DNA of 62,303 nt, filler included, from Sphacelaria rigidula (lineage: Eukaryota): assembly GCA_964200075.2 (NCBI GenBank). It is 8 parts of 8 records of this genome, joined end to end, with 100 filler letters (N's around TTAATTAATTAA, not from the genome) between each part and the next. Parts side by side here need not be neighbours in the genome. Positions count along the whole stretch, not along the records: positions 46,805 to 54,504 come from CAXNAA020013749.1; positions 54,605 to 62,303 come from CAXNAA020013750.1; 6 more parts are not named here. The stretch is one strand, 5' to 3'. Every line of letters begins with the position of its first letter. The stretch's first letter is position 1. Under the pieces are notes generated by a model, which was not told the DNA's origin, ran no database searches, and saw nothing but the letters and a program-made list of their open reading frames with translations. Both the position numbers and the translations under genes were made by a program. This document shows positions 47,940 to 58,660 of the stretch, in pieces.

Positions 47940-48870
47940 CGGACACCATCTCGTCTCGGGTTCCTCCTACATCCTTCCATACAATCTCGATCACGCTATC
48001 TCACCGAATTCCTACCTGCCCTTTCGTTACTTTCATCCACACAGCTTCATCAACTATGGCTGGCAATCTCTTTCTTGGCATGTTCTTCACGCCATATCGT
48101 AATTTCAAATTTCTTCGTATCTTTGTTTTCAAGTGGGTACACTCCCAATTTTGCTCTCGATACTGCGTTACTCGTCGTTTTTGAGCACCCAAGTATTTAT
48201 TTTAGCTGCTGTGACCTGTACTGTTTCCAGCTGCTTCACCAACTTCGCGCTCCCTTCCCATCCCTCCCCTGCATATTCATGCGAGGTCAATGGTCTTATG
48301 ACTATGGCATGCATGATCATGAGTATACCCCCCCCTGCATGTTCCAGCTCGGTACAATCACATTCATCAAAATACATATCTTAACCGTAGTGGCTAGGTG
48401 CGGGCCTCTAAGGATCACATCGATCTTACCTTCTGTGTCTTACCCTGTCCCATTACTTCATCCATGTGTGCATCCCAAAAAACGTTATTTGAGATCTCTA
48501 CACCAACTTATGTATACTGGTCTACCATTGGCAATTCCTCTTCTCTTCACTTCCACTTGAATTTCACCGAGTTCTCCTCACCTTCGTTAAATACAACTGC
48601 CGCGTACTTTTTTTAGGTTCGACGACACTTTCCATCTCCCAGTGTATTCTAGCGACTTCTCTGTTCGTTTATGCAATTATTTTGGCGTTTTTGATATCCC
48701 CACGAAATCATCCGCGAACATCAATCCCGATGCCGTATCTTACTCCGCCCTGACCCCTTGCTTTGCTGCCTCTACTACTACCATCAAGTCATTAATAAAT
48801 ACCTTAAACAGAGTGGGTGATAACGTACATCTTTGTGCGACTCCTTGTAAGATATCGAAATATTTCACAC
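47940..48870 (-). mobile_element. degenerate LINE family 1 reverse transcriptase
   Basis: KYFDILQGVAQRCTLSPTLFKVFINDL...GLMFADDFVGIS contains the non-LTR RT QG..LSP.LF and FADD motifs, with in-frame stops. Confidence 0.9.
48279..48335 (+). mobile_element. short family 2 3' fragment inserted in the LINE, with TSD
   Basis: cccctgcatattc (48266-48278) and cccctgcatgttc (48332-48344) flank ...gatcatgagtata-C run. Confidence 0.85.
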
Positions 48871-49071
48871 ACCAAACGATTGCATGCCACTTTTATTTAC
48901 TCCCCACATTTCCGTTCCAACACTTCCCGCTCCTAATTGTATGGTTCACATTCTGCAACTATACGCGTTCTACTCTCTGTTGCTTTGCCACAGGGGCAAT
49001 TCTGTACAACTACTCCCTCCTCCACCCGACTACTGGTCCACCTCCTTCTCCTTCTCCTTTCTGGCTTCCTG

Positions 49072-49360
49072 GCGGGGAGGGGGTTGTACTCATGATCATG
49101 CATGTCATAGCTGCGGGGGAGGGCGAACTCATTCGTTGCTTGCCTCACTCGTTTGACCATTGACCATGCATCCCTTTCAAATCGGAGCACCGTTCCCACT
49201 GTTAATAGACCAACATTTCGATGCTCATGATGTTTCTTTGGTACATTACACGAAAACATTTTTCATGTCTTATCCCCGTCCTGTTTCGCCGTATGTGGTC
49301 ACCACATTTCGCCCAGTTTAGCCATCGTTTTCTCCCTACTGTCTAGTGCATTAAACGATG
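49072..49360 (-). mobile_element. LINE family 1 3' end with a tiny family 2 end inserted in its C-rich tail
   Basis: reverse complement of 14270-14499; gcggggaggg and gcgggggaggg flank gttgtactcatgatcatgcatgtcatag. Confidence 0.7.
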
Positions 49361-49522
49361 TGGGGGGAGGGGAGGCGGGACGAGATTGTGATTTGAACCC
49401 TGGTTTGCTGCTAATGACACACAAGAGGATACTGCCAGATCTCGACAAAAACCATAGGACTCCTGAGACGACTGCAGTAGACCTACGCGCACAACGCATA
49501 TGCCAGATTCGCGGGAGCTCAC

Positions 49523-49644
49523 CGACATCTGCTCGTGAAGAGCTGAGGGTACTTCTTGCGATGCTCGTGGAACGCGCTGGCCGCCACGGCATCGACGCCG
49601 AAACTGAAGTAGTTACAGAACACCGCATCGTAGCTCTCCCATTC
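49523..49644 (-). CDS. DGK: diacylglycerol kinase, accessory-domain exon
   Basis: gtgcag|GAA ... CG|gtgagc; EWESYDAVFCNYFSFGVDAVAASAFHEHRKKYPQLFTSRC matches the DGK NYFSxGxDA...FH..R...P..F.SR motif; phase 2 joins 47476. Confidence 0.92.
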
Positions 49645-50418
49645 CTGCACGTTTACAGCACAACAACGGAAACAAACGTATGTACGATGTATTCGGTGGT
49701 GAGAGAAAGGAAAAAAGTAGGAGAAAAGAGAAGAAAGAGAGGAAAAAACGCGTTGAGATTTTAGAAAAAGATATCTCCATGTTGAAAACAGTTACTGTAC
49801 TTCGAACCATGTATACAAAAACAAACAGACAACACCGGGAAAAACACATTGTGTTCGTGTTTGCAGCCGACAAACTATAGGGAGAAAAACGCGTGATATA
49901 AGTGGTAATATATCTTTTGGCTTGAAAAAAAAAAGACATAAAAACAATAATATACTCGAAGAAAAAATGCAAGTTAAGTGAGCACAGTAGTGTGGGACAG
50001 TCCAAACAGACAGAGCAACGCACAGTCTGTAGGCCCTCATATTGCGCACACAAAAGCATTGCAAAGAAAATTCCGTTGAGTGAATTTGCCGTAGGGGGGA
50101 AACACACACACACGTACACACACACATTGCACAGGAAGTGACCCTGAACTTCCTCACGTCGGACAGGTGATTCCATTAGTGCACCTACCTGCATCAAATA
50201 TTGCTTGTCATTAGTGCACTGATCCGGATCATGCCTAGCTCGCTTGGCCCCTTTATTCTACATTAGCTCACTATAGCGCTGGACGCCGGGCACGTGGAGT
50301 AGCGCAAGGGCAGCGGTTTGGCTTCTCGGACAAGCGGTCTGAGAGTCCTCTTCGATTACATATTTCAGTGCCTCATGAGTTGTCCGACGTGTGTAAACTT
50401 TATCTACTACCCTTCCTA

Positions 50419-50420
<2 letters not shown>

Positions 50421-50461
<41 letters not shown>
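50421..50461. repeat. (GT)n microsatellite
   Basis: read directly. Confidence 0.95.
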
Positions 50462-50469
<8 letters not shown>

Positions 50470-50979
50470 CGCGTCCCTGCTCGTCTACTTATTGTCATCA
50501 TCTATACGCGCCGACCGCATCACCTCGATGTCGCTGACTCGGCCCTCCCCTCTCATTTCCCAAATATCACAAGACTGTTTACACTACTGTACCCACAGTA
50601 CACATTTTTACTCTGCTATCTCCAATAGCACGAACAAGGATGTCTCAATGTCTTACGGGTACCCAAACTTTCTTACTATGCCTCAGCGATTCCCCATACC
50701 AAATTTCAAGCCATGATTCTCAAAACTGAATTGCTGAATCCAGATTCCGTGCCTCTCTACCTCATTTCTTGCAATTGGGATAGTATTTACGCGTGTCACA
50801 TCTCGCGATAGATGATGAACTAGGTGAAGGTGACCGTATTGATCGTTCCCCCCTGCCCGAAGGAACGTTCACATCGAAAATCAGGGCCATCTGCTCCATG
50901 TACCGTTCCGAGTTTTATGTAGACGAGAGTATGGAGATATCTCGCTTATGTTACGGGATTTACTCAATATGGCGTTTAA

Positions 50980-51094
50980 CCCTTTGACCGCAAGGGTAGG
51001 CGATCTGTTGAATCGGCATCATCTATATATATATATATTATCCAGGCGTAAGTGATCCCCATTCAACAGATCGCCTACAGTGGCCGCGAAAGGG
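50980..51094. mobile_element. piggyBac-type MITE (115 bp)
   Basis: TTAA|CCCTTT...AAAGGG|TTAA with a perfect 18-bp subterminal inverted repeat gtaggcgatctgttgaat. Confidence 0.85.
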
Positions 51095-51341
51095 TTAATC
51101 AACGGGAAAATTTCTTGACTGGGCTGCTGAGTAAATGGGCACATCTGCCCATTGATTGAGACAATCAACAAGACGTGCGGATCACGTCCCCAATTCGTCT
51201 GCGTCGATGAGATTATGGCTGTGATAGCTCGAGTCCGTTTTAGGCTGCCCCGGCTTGTAATCATGTGCTGTCGTTGCTGTACGTGACACCTGTAAGTCTA
51301 GAGTCGAAGCTCATAAGAGTAGGACGGCGCGTGCACCGCAC

Positions 51342-51501
51342 CAAGTTGACAGGGGGTGTTGGTGGGTTGCACCCCCGCACTGCCTTGAGCAAAGCTCCCG
51401 AACGCTCGAGGTGCCTACCCCACATGACTGCCGAGGTGCCAACCCCACACGACTGCGGCGAGGCAGTCTGGCCGAGCCTCCGAGTAATCCGCACAAGAAC
51501 C
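51342..51501 (-). CDS. candidate DGK exon (insert before the accessory domain)
   Basis: gaacag|G GTT ... TTG|gtgcgg; open VLVRITRRLGQTASPQSCG...PPTPPVNL; ends in phase 0 as exon 49644 requires. Confidence 0.5.
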
Positions 51502-51897
51502 CTGTTCGCGGGGTAAGTGCTGGGTAAGGTTTCCCCCTTCCTTCAAGGAAAAGAAGAACAAAAAAAACACGCTAGTGTATATATGTCGACTGACTCACTG
51601 TTTGTGCACCTGACCCTCTTGACGATTTTCATCGCAGACTGCCATTTTCGTTCGGTCCATGGGAAGGGAAAAAAAAAAAGTGCAGTCGACGAGGTTGCGG
51701 AAGTGCTGATAATCATGATTCAATCCTCGATATCACGATGTCAGGCAGGTGAAGGTATCGGGGAAAGCGATTGATATGTTAAATCCCGCAGAAAAAAATA
51801 CACGTTTGTTTCAAGGAAGGGGCGGGGTGATGAATTATAAATTATGACGAGCGACAAAAAAACGATGTGAAGAGATAGCACACACAGACACACACGC

Positions 51898-51979
51898 CTT
51901 GATTCCTTCTCTACCGATGATGGAACCACAACGTTCAAGTACATCGCGATGTCACCGCACATCTCCGGAAGAGCAGGGC
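51898..51979 (-). CDS. candidate DGK exon with GC donor
   Basis: caaaag|GC CCT ... TCA AG|gcgtgt; PALPEMCGDIAMYLNVVVPSSVEKES; phase 2 matches exon 51501. Confidence 0.35.
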
Positions 51980-53812
51980 CTTTTGATGAAGGATAGAAAG
52001 CCATCGACGAAATCAGCCGACCAACGAAGCCACGTACGCGGTAAAAAATCGCAAGCAAGCGAGAGGCTACCTGGCGGTCAAAACTGTCATTGTAGTCTCC
52101 CTCAGATGGCGGCAACTGAACGAACCGTGTTGCCCATCATCATGATTTTTCCACACGTCGGAGAGCTAATGAGCTACGTGAATATTATTCATTAGTATAC
52201 TGATCTGGATCATGAGCTAGCTCATTTGGCCCCCCGTTCCACATTTGCGGCCTACAGCTCTGAATGCCGCGCGAGCGAAGTAGCGCCAAAGTCGCACCTT
52301 GGCTTCTCGGACCCCGCAGTCACGCGGTTTGTGTTCTTGGACAAGGTATCTGAGAGTCCTCTTTTACTAGCTACTGTCCGACGTGCGAATTTTTCCCTCT
52401 GTTCGTTTTTTGGCAGAAAAAAACACCACCGGTGACACGGCGGCGATCTTCTCTGGGGCAGATTGTGTTGCTGTCAGTCGTTTTCCAAAGACCATTCATC
52501 ACATTCGTTTTCGCTTTTTCGCGCATACGTGACAAAACGTGACGCAGTCTTTACTCAGAACTACGCTTCAAGCTTCATGTTCGGGCTACGAGCTGGGGCA
52601 GCCAGGAATCCCTGCTCGGGGTTGACCAGCTTCGCCCTGCTCAATTTTGGGAGTTGGAAGGCTGAAAGTTTGACACGGGATTCGTATCATCAATCAATAC
52701 GCGGAAAGTAGCGAAAGCAACTCAGACAAGGGGGGAAAAAAAACAAACAGAAAGCTAGGGCGATTCGAAATATTCACGCCGTGGACAAATTATCATTTTG
52801 TCAAAAACTCTACTGCGTACAGTATCAACTGTTGCGCATATTGCAGTAGACAAAAATTCCATCCCGTCTTCAGTCAGTACACTTTGTGATCTATTATCCA
52901 GGGCGTGGAAGTTTCTGAGAAAGAAACAAAATGCCATGACTCGCGAAGAAGGAAAAAAAGAGTATGGCTGTTTTTACGAAGACTTCTAATTAGACTTGCA
53001 TTTAGAAGGTCCTTGTAAAATTTTAGCTCAAAACTACTGAAATTGTGCATGACATTCCAATTTTGGTGTGACACCGATGCACCCGGGTGTCTACCTGGTA
53101 CATGAGACTTCCTCAAGGACGGGAGGTCAAGAGTTCAAATCCCGAGATATGCTTCTTTTTTTTCCTTTGCAGCATCTGGTTCCGTCGTTTATTTCTTTTG
53201 TCATTCATTTATTTCTAAACGACAGAGAGTGTCGTCAGCAGGTTGGTCTGCAGAACACAGCGATAGCTTACGTCGGGCTGATGCGGAAACCTGAAAACAT
53301 TATCGTGTGCCGAAGGAATTAAGATTTTTGCCTGGCCCAGGTCGCAATGTGCTTGCTTTTTCTTCTGCGTCAAATCCGCAATACGTTATACTCCATCCAT
53401 CAATCGAGCAACCCGAGGGGGTACAGTGACGCAGTCCCTCTGTTTTACCGTCCATTGGGCAAGCCGTGGTTGGCTATGGAGCAAGGAGGCTAGTTACCCG
53501 TCGTTGGGCTACAAATGTCCATGGTTGACACATTTTACAAGTATCGCTACTCCTAACCCTAACCCTAACCGAACGCATACCGAGAACCCTCGGGCATAGG
53601 CAGCACATAGCATTCCCTAGGCAAAGTGCGGTCTTCGTAGACCCCAAATAGGCGCCTGTCGAGCCGATTTCAACGAAAACGCGTTCTGCGCATGCAAAAA
53701 GCACACGGGACTGTCAGCCCTACTAAAGATCCGATTTTCGTTGTACACACTTCAATCAAGTCATGTGTCAACCATGAATATTTGTAACCCAACGCGAGTT
53801 CCCCACTGAGAG

Positions 53813-54045
53813 CACGTGTCGGGCAAACCATCGCCAGTTGGAACAACCAAATTTACGATTTCCAAGGACTGATTGCTCGCAAGAGATATAAAGCTGGTCG
53901 CGAGTCAAACACACGTCTGCGCAAACTCTGCGCTATTCCACGTGCCTGGAGTGCAGGTAACTCGGGTGCAACGCTGGAAACAAAGCCCAAGGTTGATTCG
54001 TAATTAATAGAAACGTCACAAGAATCGTTATTCGTCCGACCCTTG
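53813..54045 (-). mobile_element. diverged hAT-type MITE family B copy
   Basis: ends ttattcgtccgacccttg, the reverse complement of the family B left end. Confidence 0.65.
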
Positions 54046-54452
54046 CTGTAGAGGATAGGATGCCCCCTTCCCCCCCTCCCCAATCCATGGTCATCATCCA
54101 GTACACCCCGGGGCAAGCCTTAGCTATGAAAGGTGGGATTTTCCCTACCCCCCTCTCCAAAATAAAACACGTCATCAAGAAAAAAAAAGGCGAATCATAC
54201 GATCCTCTGTCTATGCACCTGATTGTTTGATTCATTGAGTGAGAGTGAGTGGTAGATTACTTTCGCATATTAACTGCCCCGCGATGAACCCACTCGTGGT
54301 CAGAAGATACGCGTATACAACCAAATACACACATATAAACCTAGGGTATATAAAAGTACTACACATGAACACGGAAAACGCTCGATCGCTGGAGGAAACC
54401 CGAAAAAAAAAGGGGGGGGGGGGGGGGGGGGGGGGAAGAAGGAGACAAGACA

Positions 54453-54500
<48 letters not shown>

Positions 54501-54504
54501 TAAA

Positions 54505-54604
54505 NNNNNNNNNNNNNNNNNNNNNNNNNNNNNNNNNNNNNNNNNNNNTTAATTAATTAANNNNNNNNNNNNNNNNNNNNNNNNNNNNNNNNNNNNNNNN
54601 NNNN
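54505..54604. other. artificial contig linker
   Basis: same 100-bp string. Confidence 0.97.
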
Positions 54605-55596
54605 AGAGTTTGAATGCACAAACGATGAAAAGCCCATAACGGACTTTACTTATGGGACAGAGGAAGTAGTGTTTACTTCACGTTCACCTGTGGATCACGG
54701 TCGCCCAAGAACGCAGATTGTCCCGCCTGCATGACCTGTACGTACAGAGGGCAACCGCAGTTGCGGATTACGTTATCGACAAAAATAGACTCGTTTTCGC
54801 AAGGAGAAAAATCGTGCAAGAAATGCAGCTCGAAGTGGGCAACAATGTCAGATACAGGAGCGATCAGCACCTACACAACACACGATACAAGATATGGGGT
54901 CGCCAGGATTGAGGGGAACGTGCTGCTCGCGTGTATCATCATCGTCGGCCTGAGTGACTTATGGCGGGTGCACAGCAGTACACTTCAATGATTCAAGAGA
55001 TATGACAGCGAGCCAGATCAGCAAGGTTGTGTCGAAAATATGTCCCGTCGGCAACCACAGAGCAACGGAGAAGAAGTGGTTGTGCACAAGCGTAGCTGTA
55101 ACTCCGGTAGTACGTCCCTGCAAGTAGTACGTGAAGCATGACATTCGCGGATGTTGGACGAAAAACACAACAGCGAATTTGGGTCGACGATCCATGCATG
55201 TAAGACCGTTTATGAAGGCAACCAATCCGTATTTGTACGAATATGAATATTTCAGCCCGTCTGCAGGCGATTTTCTCCCGTGGATTGATTTTTCGGCCCC
55301 CAGACTGTTGGGTAACGTGTTTCGGCTAGCTGTGAGGGAACCAAATCAATTATTCGATTCTCTGGGCGTTGACGCATGGTTCATCACCTTCCGGCTCAGA
55401 TCGGGACACACCCGCATCTCCCCCGATTTGGGGGAAAGCCTCGTATTTGTACAAGCACGGATTGGTTGCCACAAAAAATTATTAAAGTAACTGTTATCCA
55501 TGAAATGAAGCTGATGTCAACCACACACGAGAAAGTTGAGCATCTACGTTTAGTACAGTCACTACTACACCAAAAGACGTTCGCTGCTGTGTTTAC

Positions 55597-55926
55597 CTGT
55601 GCTCGAGCCGCACGAACCGCGTCCAGATCCTCCTGCCTCATGCGGCGGCGGTGCTGGTCAGGGGGTGGGGATCCTGAAAGCATTCCTGTCAGAGCACCAG
55701 CCGCAGAATGCCGGCGCGCATGCATTGTTTGTGCTTGCGATGGCAGGCGGTCACCGCCCGGGTGTAGCATGCTCAAGTCGCCGAAGGGGTTGGGAGACGA
55801 GTCGTGCCGTCGATGCTGTCCAAGGGAGCCGACCCGCACCGAAGACTCCTGCGGGGAAATCGCGTGCATCAACTTGGCTATCAACATTTCAGAGGGTGCA
55901 CCCAGAGCAAAAGCGTGTGACATCAG
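55597..55926 (-). CDS. MYB3R: R1R2R3-MYB exon 7 (C-terminal region)
   Basis: tagtag|CTG ... CAG|gtaaac, 110 open codons LMSHAFALGAPSEML...DAVRAARAQ, phase 0/0; further 3' exons not resolved. Confidence 0.7.
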
Positions 55927-56015
55927 CTACTATAAGGGAAATACGGGTATGCGAAGAGTACAAGAAGATATGGATCGCTTCACCTTGCGATCACGTTGCA
56001 ACAAGAGACAAGGAT

Positions 56016-56066
56016 AGGGGCAGAGGCAGGGGCAGGGGCAGGGGCAGGGGCAGGGGCAGGGGCAGG
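56016..56066. repeat. (AGGGGC)n hexamer repeat in a MYB intron
   Basis: about eight units, just inside the intron from the 56075 donor. Confidence 0.9.
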
Positions 56067-56074
56067 AAACCCAC

Positions 56075-56164
56075 CTTGGTGTCGGTGTCGGTTCCGCTTT
56101 CGTCAGAAAGTCCTTGTCCGCCGGATGAAGGCTGCGCTTGCATTTGCTCATATGCCTCCTTCAG
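56075..56164 (-). CDS. MYB3R: R1R2R3-MYB exon 6
   Basis: ttcgcag|CTG ... AAG|gtgggt; LKEAYEQMQAQPSSGGQGLSDESGTDTDTK, phase 0/0. Confidence 0.75.
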
Positions 56165-56298
56165 CTGCGAATTCGAACAACAAGCACAGTAGTGCGCGTC
56201 ACTTCACTCCTCGCAAACCGTACGTGCCTAATACCCACTTCAAGCATGCACGGCCTACCGATGTGAGATCAAACCTGGCACATCCGTACATACTTCAC

Positions 56299-56454
56299 CT
56301 TATTGAGAAGATCCTCAGTGAGTTCACCGGCGCCTCCGGGATTCTGATCCAGCCACTTCTTTCTTGCTGAAGAGTTGAACCTATTTTTCACGGCGTTCTC
56401 GGTTCGTCCAGGTAAAAGCTTCGCGATCTCGCACCATCGATTACCCATGTAAGC
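56299..56454 (-). CDS. MYB3R: R1R2R3-MYB exon 5 (R3 second half)
   Basis: tatcag|GCT ... AAG|gtgaag; [34 protein letters not shown]. Confidence 0.93.
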
Positions 56455-56579
56455 CTGATATAATAGTTAAAACAACAAACCAAGGTGAGCAGACGCATCA
56501 TTCACGCGAGACGCAGAAGCGAGTTGGGGCATGTGGGCTCCATGCTGACGTCAAACAGATACATACGCGTACGACATAC

Positions 56580-56720
56580 CTGAGCCCCGAACACGATCCG
56601 ATCTTCCTCTGGACTCCACTCTCCCTTTTTGATGCTGGGATCAAGGTGATTGAACCATCGCTCTCGACATTGCTTGCCGATTCTACCTGGGAGACGTGAT
56701 GCGACCACGGACCATTTTAC
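56580..56720 (-). CDS. MYB3R: R1R2R3-MYB exon 4 (R2/R3)
   Basis: tgtcag|GTA ... CAG|gtatgt; VKWSVVASRLPGRIGKQCRERWFNHLDPSIKKGEWSPEEDRIVFGAQ. Confidence 0.96.
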
Positions 56721-57119
56721 CTGACAGCCGCCGCCAGGCACGCGACGACAGCAAGTTGGCGCTCATGTCACCTCAATCATTTTACACATCAAGTGGAACC
56801 CAGTTATTGACACATTCGGACGCACGGCGACGACCCCCCGTCTCTGCGAACTGGGCGAAGGATACACCACCAGCCTGCAACGCAAGCAGCTGCGACAATA
56901 GATGTCCCAAATCCGTTGAGTGTAAAAACAATGAGCAGGCACATTCAGGCACGATCAATTTCTGCGAAGGGGTGGAGCCGTGGAAACTCGCAGCATACTC
57001 ACCGACTCGTTACCAAAAGACTCATGTAGCTGCACCATCGCACAAAACAGCAATGTCTCCCGCAGACAAGATACAAGTGAGGTCTGCAACTTTGCCGCTT
57101 CACGCCACAATCAACACAC

Positions 57120-57219
57120 CTTTTGAGCCCCGCTGAGCTCCACGCACTCCCGTACGATGTTATCTTCCTCTTCGGTCCAGGGGCCCTTGTGAAGGCCAGG
57201 GCGGAGTACCTTATTCCAC
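57120..57219 (-). CDS. MYB3R: R1R2R3-MYB exon 3 (R1/R2)
   Basis: cgaaag|G TGG ... AAG|gtgtgt; WNKVLRPGLHKGPWTEEEDNIVRECVELSGAQK. Confidence 0.95.
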
Positions 57220-57619
57220 CTTTCGGGGAATGTACGAGAACGAAATGTAGGGAAATGGAATGCCAACAGGTGTTTTTTACGGTACGATGAATCTTGCGCG
57301 AGTACGCGAAAAATCTCCGCCGTCACTGTGGCACGCGACCAACTGCTACAACAGGGGGCATGCCATTAGTGACCCGACCGTCCAGCTCGGAGTTGACGGT
57401 TTATCTTGCGTTAGACAAGATAAAGCGTCGAAGTCTAAACCGCGTATCTGTAGGTACTGACGACTGACTGGAGGACACACAAGGAACACCATGCCGCCAT
57501 ACATTTTAGTCAAAAAGTGCCTAGAGCAGTCAACACCCGGTGGTCAACTACGTGTGTACAACGTGCCCTCGCCCGAAGTGGTCAAGTCATGATCGGCAGT
57601 GTCAGCAAGCACAGCTCAC

Positions 57620-57723
57620 CTGTGAAGACATTGCACGTCTGAGCGGGGGGTACCCAACTGCTCGGCTACCATTCGCCAGTTTCGTGCTCCATGATGCTCC
57701 ACTATTTCTCGCAATCGAGTGTC
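57620..57723 (-). CDS. MYB3R: R1R2R3-MYB exon 2 (R1)
   Basis: ctccag|GAC ... AG|gtgagc; DTRLREIVEHHGARNWRMVAEQLGTPRSDVQCLH(R); RSDVQCLHRW is the three-repeat MYB R1 signature. Confidence 0.95.
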
Positions 57724-58245
57724 CTGGAGGCGCGCAAAGTACATATATTTGACACATTTGACGCATTTGACGGATACATATGCTCTTGGACGTGAGCGCA
57801 CTTTCAACCCATCCAACACATGAAATCCGCGGTGCGCGATGACAATTAGCAAGTGCGCTTTACCAACATTTCTGTTTTTGTACATGACAAAAAAATTACC
57901 ACAGTCTCGACACGAAAAAATCGATGTCTACTGCTGTGCATTTCTGGCAGCTGAGGAGCCACCCACTGCGAGAACTATATCGTGTACCACCTTCTCACGT
58001 CCTGTTTTACTTGGGTGCTTTCCGAGAGCGGCTGCGGAGACGAATAACCAACCCGTCCGCGCAAGCAGGGTGGAACGACCTTTGGTGACCTTTGCCACTA
58101 CGCGCAGGGTACAATAAGATGATTCACGTCAAAGGCACACGACATCGATAGCCTTGAATCTAAGAACTGACATCTGCGCGTTCAACTGCATCTCTAGCCC
58201 TCGCTCTGTATGCTAGGATGCAACTTCCATATTGACAGGGCTCAC

Positions 58246-58323
58246 CTCTTCTTTTGTCCACTTGCCCCCCTTCGGCCCCTTGCTGCGGGCTCCCTTCGCT
58301 CCAGCTGCTTTACTCCTCTCCAT
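58246..58323 (-). CDS. MYB3R: R1R2R3-MYB exon 1 (probable start)
   Basis: ATG at 58323, MERSKAAGAKGARSKGPKGGKWTKEE|gtgagc supplies the first R1 tryptophan; the true start could lie further upstream. Confidence 0.85.
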
Positions 58324-58407
58324 CAAGCTTGTCAACCAGTTCTGCTCATATATAAAAGGCAACATTTCCGTGATGTGACGATATACATATGTACCAGATT
58401 ACCTGCG

Positions 58408-58660
58408 GGGTCGGTGGCTCAGTTGGTAACCTCGAAACCATCTGACGGTTGGGTGGTGGGTTCGACTCTCAACTCACACCATCTGGAAATTTTCTCACAC
58501 AATGCCGAACAGTGGAGAGCGACCATGTCGTGGGTACACAAAATTCCACTTCACGGTCGACGAGAAAAAGGGACCGCTGAACCCCTCTCGTGATGAAAAA
58601 TAAAGGCAAGCACAGCGTAGACTAGCGTCCGCAATAGATGGGATGACAACACACACACAC
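58408..58660 (+). mobile_element. SINE family A (internally deleted), immediately upstream of the MYB start
   Basis: cggtggctcagttggtaacctcgaaaccatctgacggttgggtggtgggttcgactctc...tagatgggatgacaa(ca)n. Confidence 0.8.

Noticed and set aside
53553-53571. Telomere
   Set aside because: Only about three CCCTAA units, internal to a dispersed repeat.
54673-55440. Further MYB exons (for example 54688-54735 and about 55388-55439)
   Set aside because: Plausible splice signals exist, but no motif or unique phase chain lets me choose among them.
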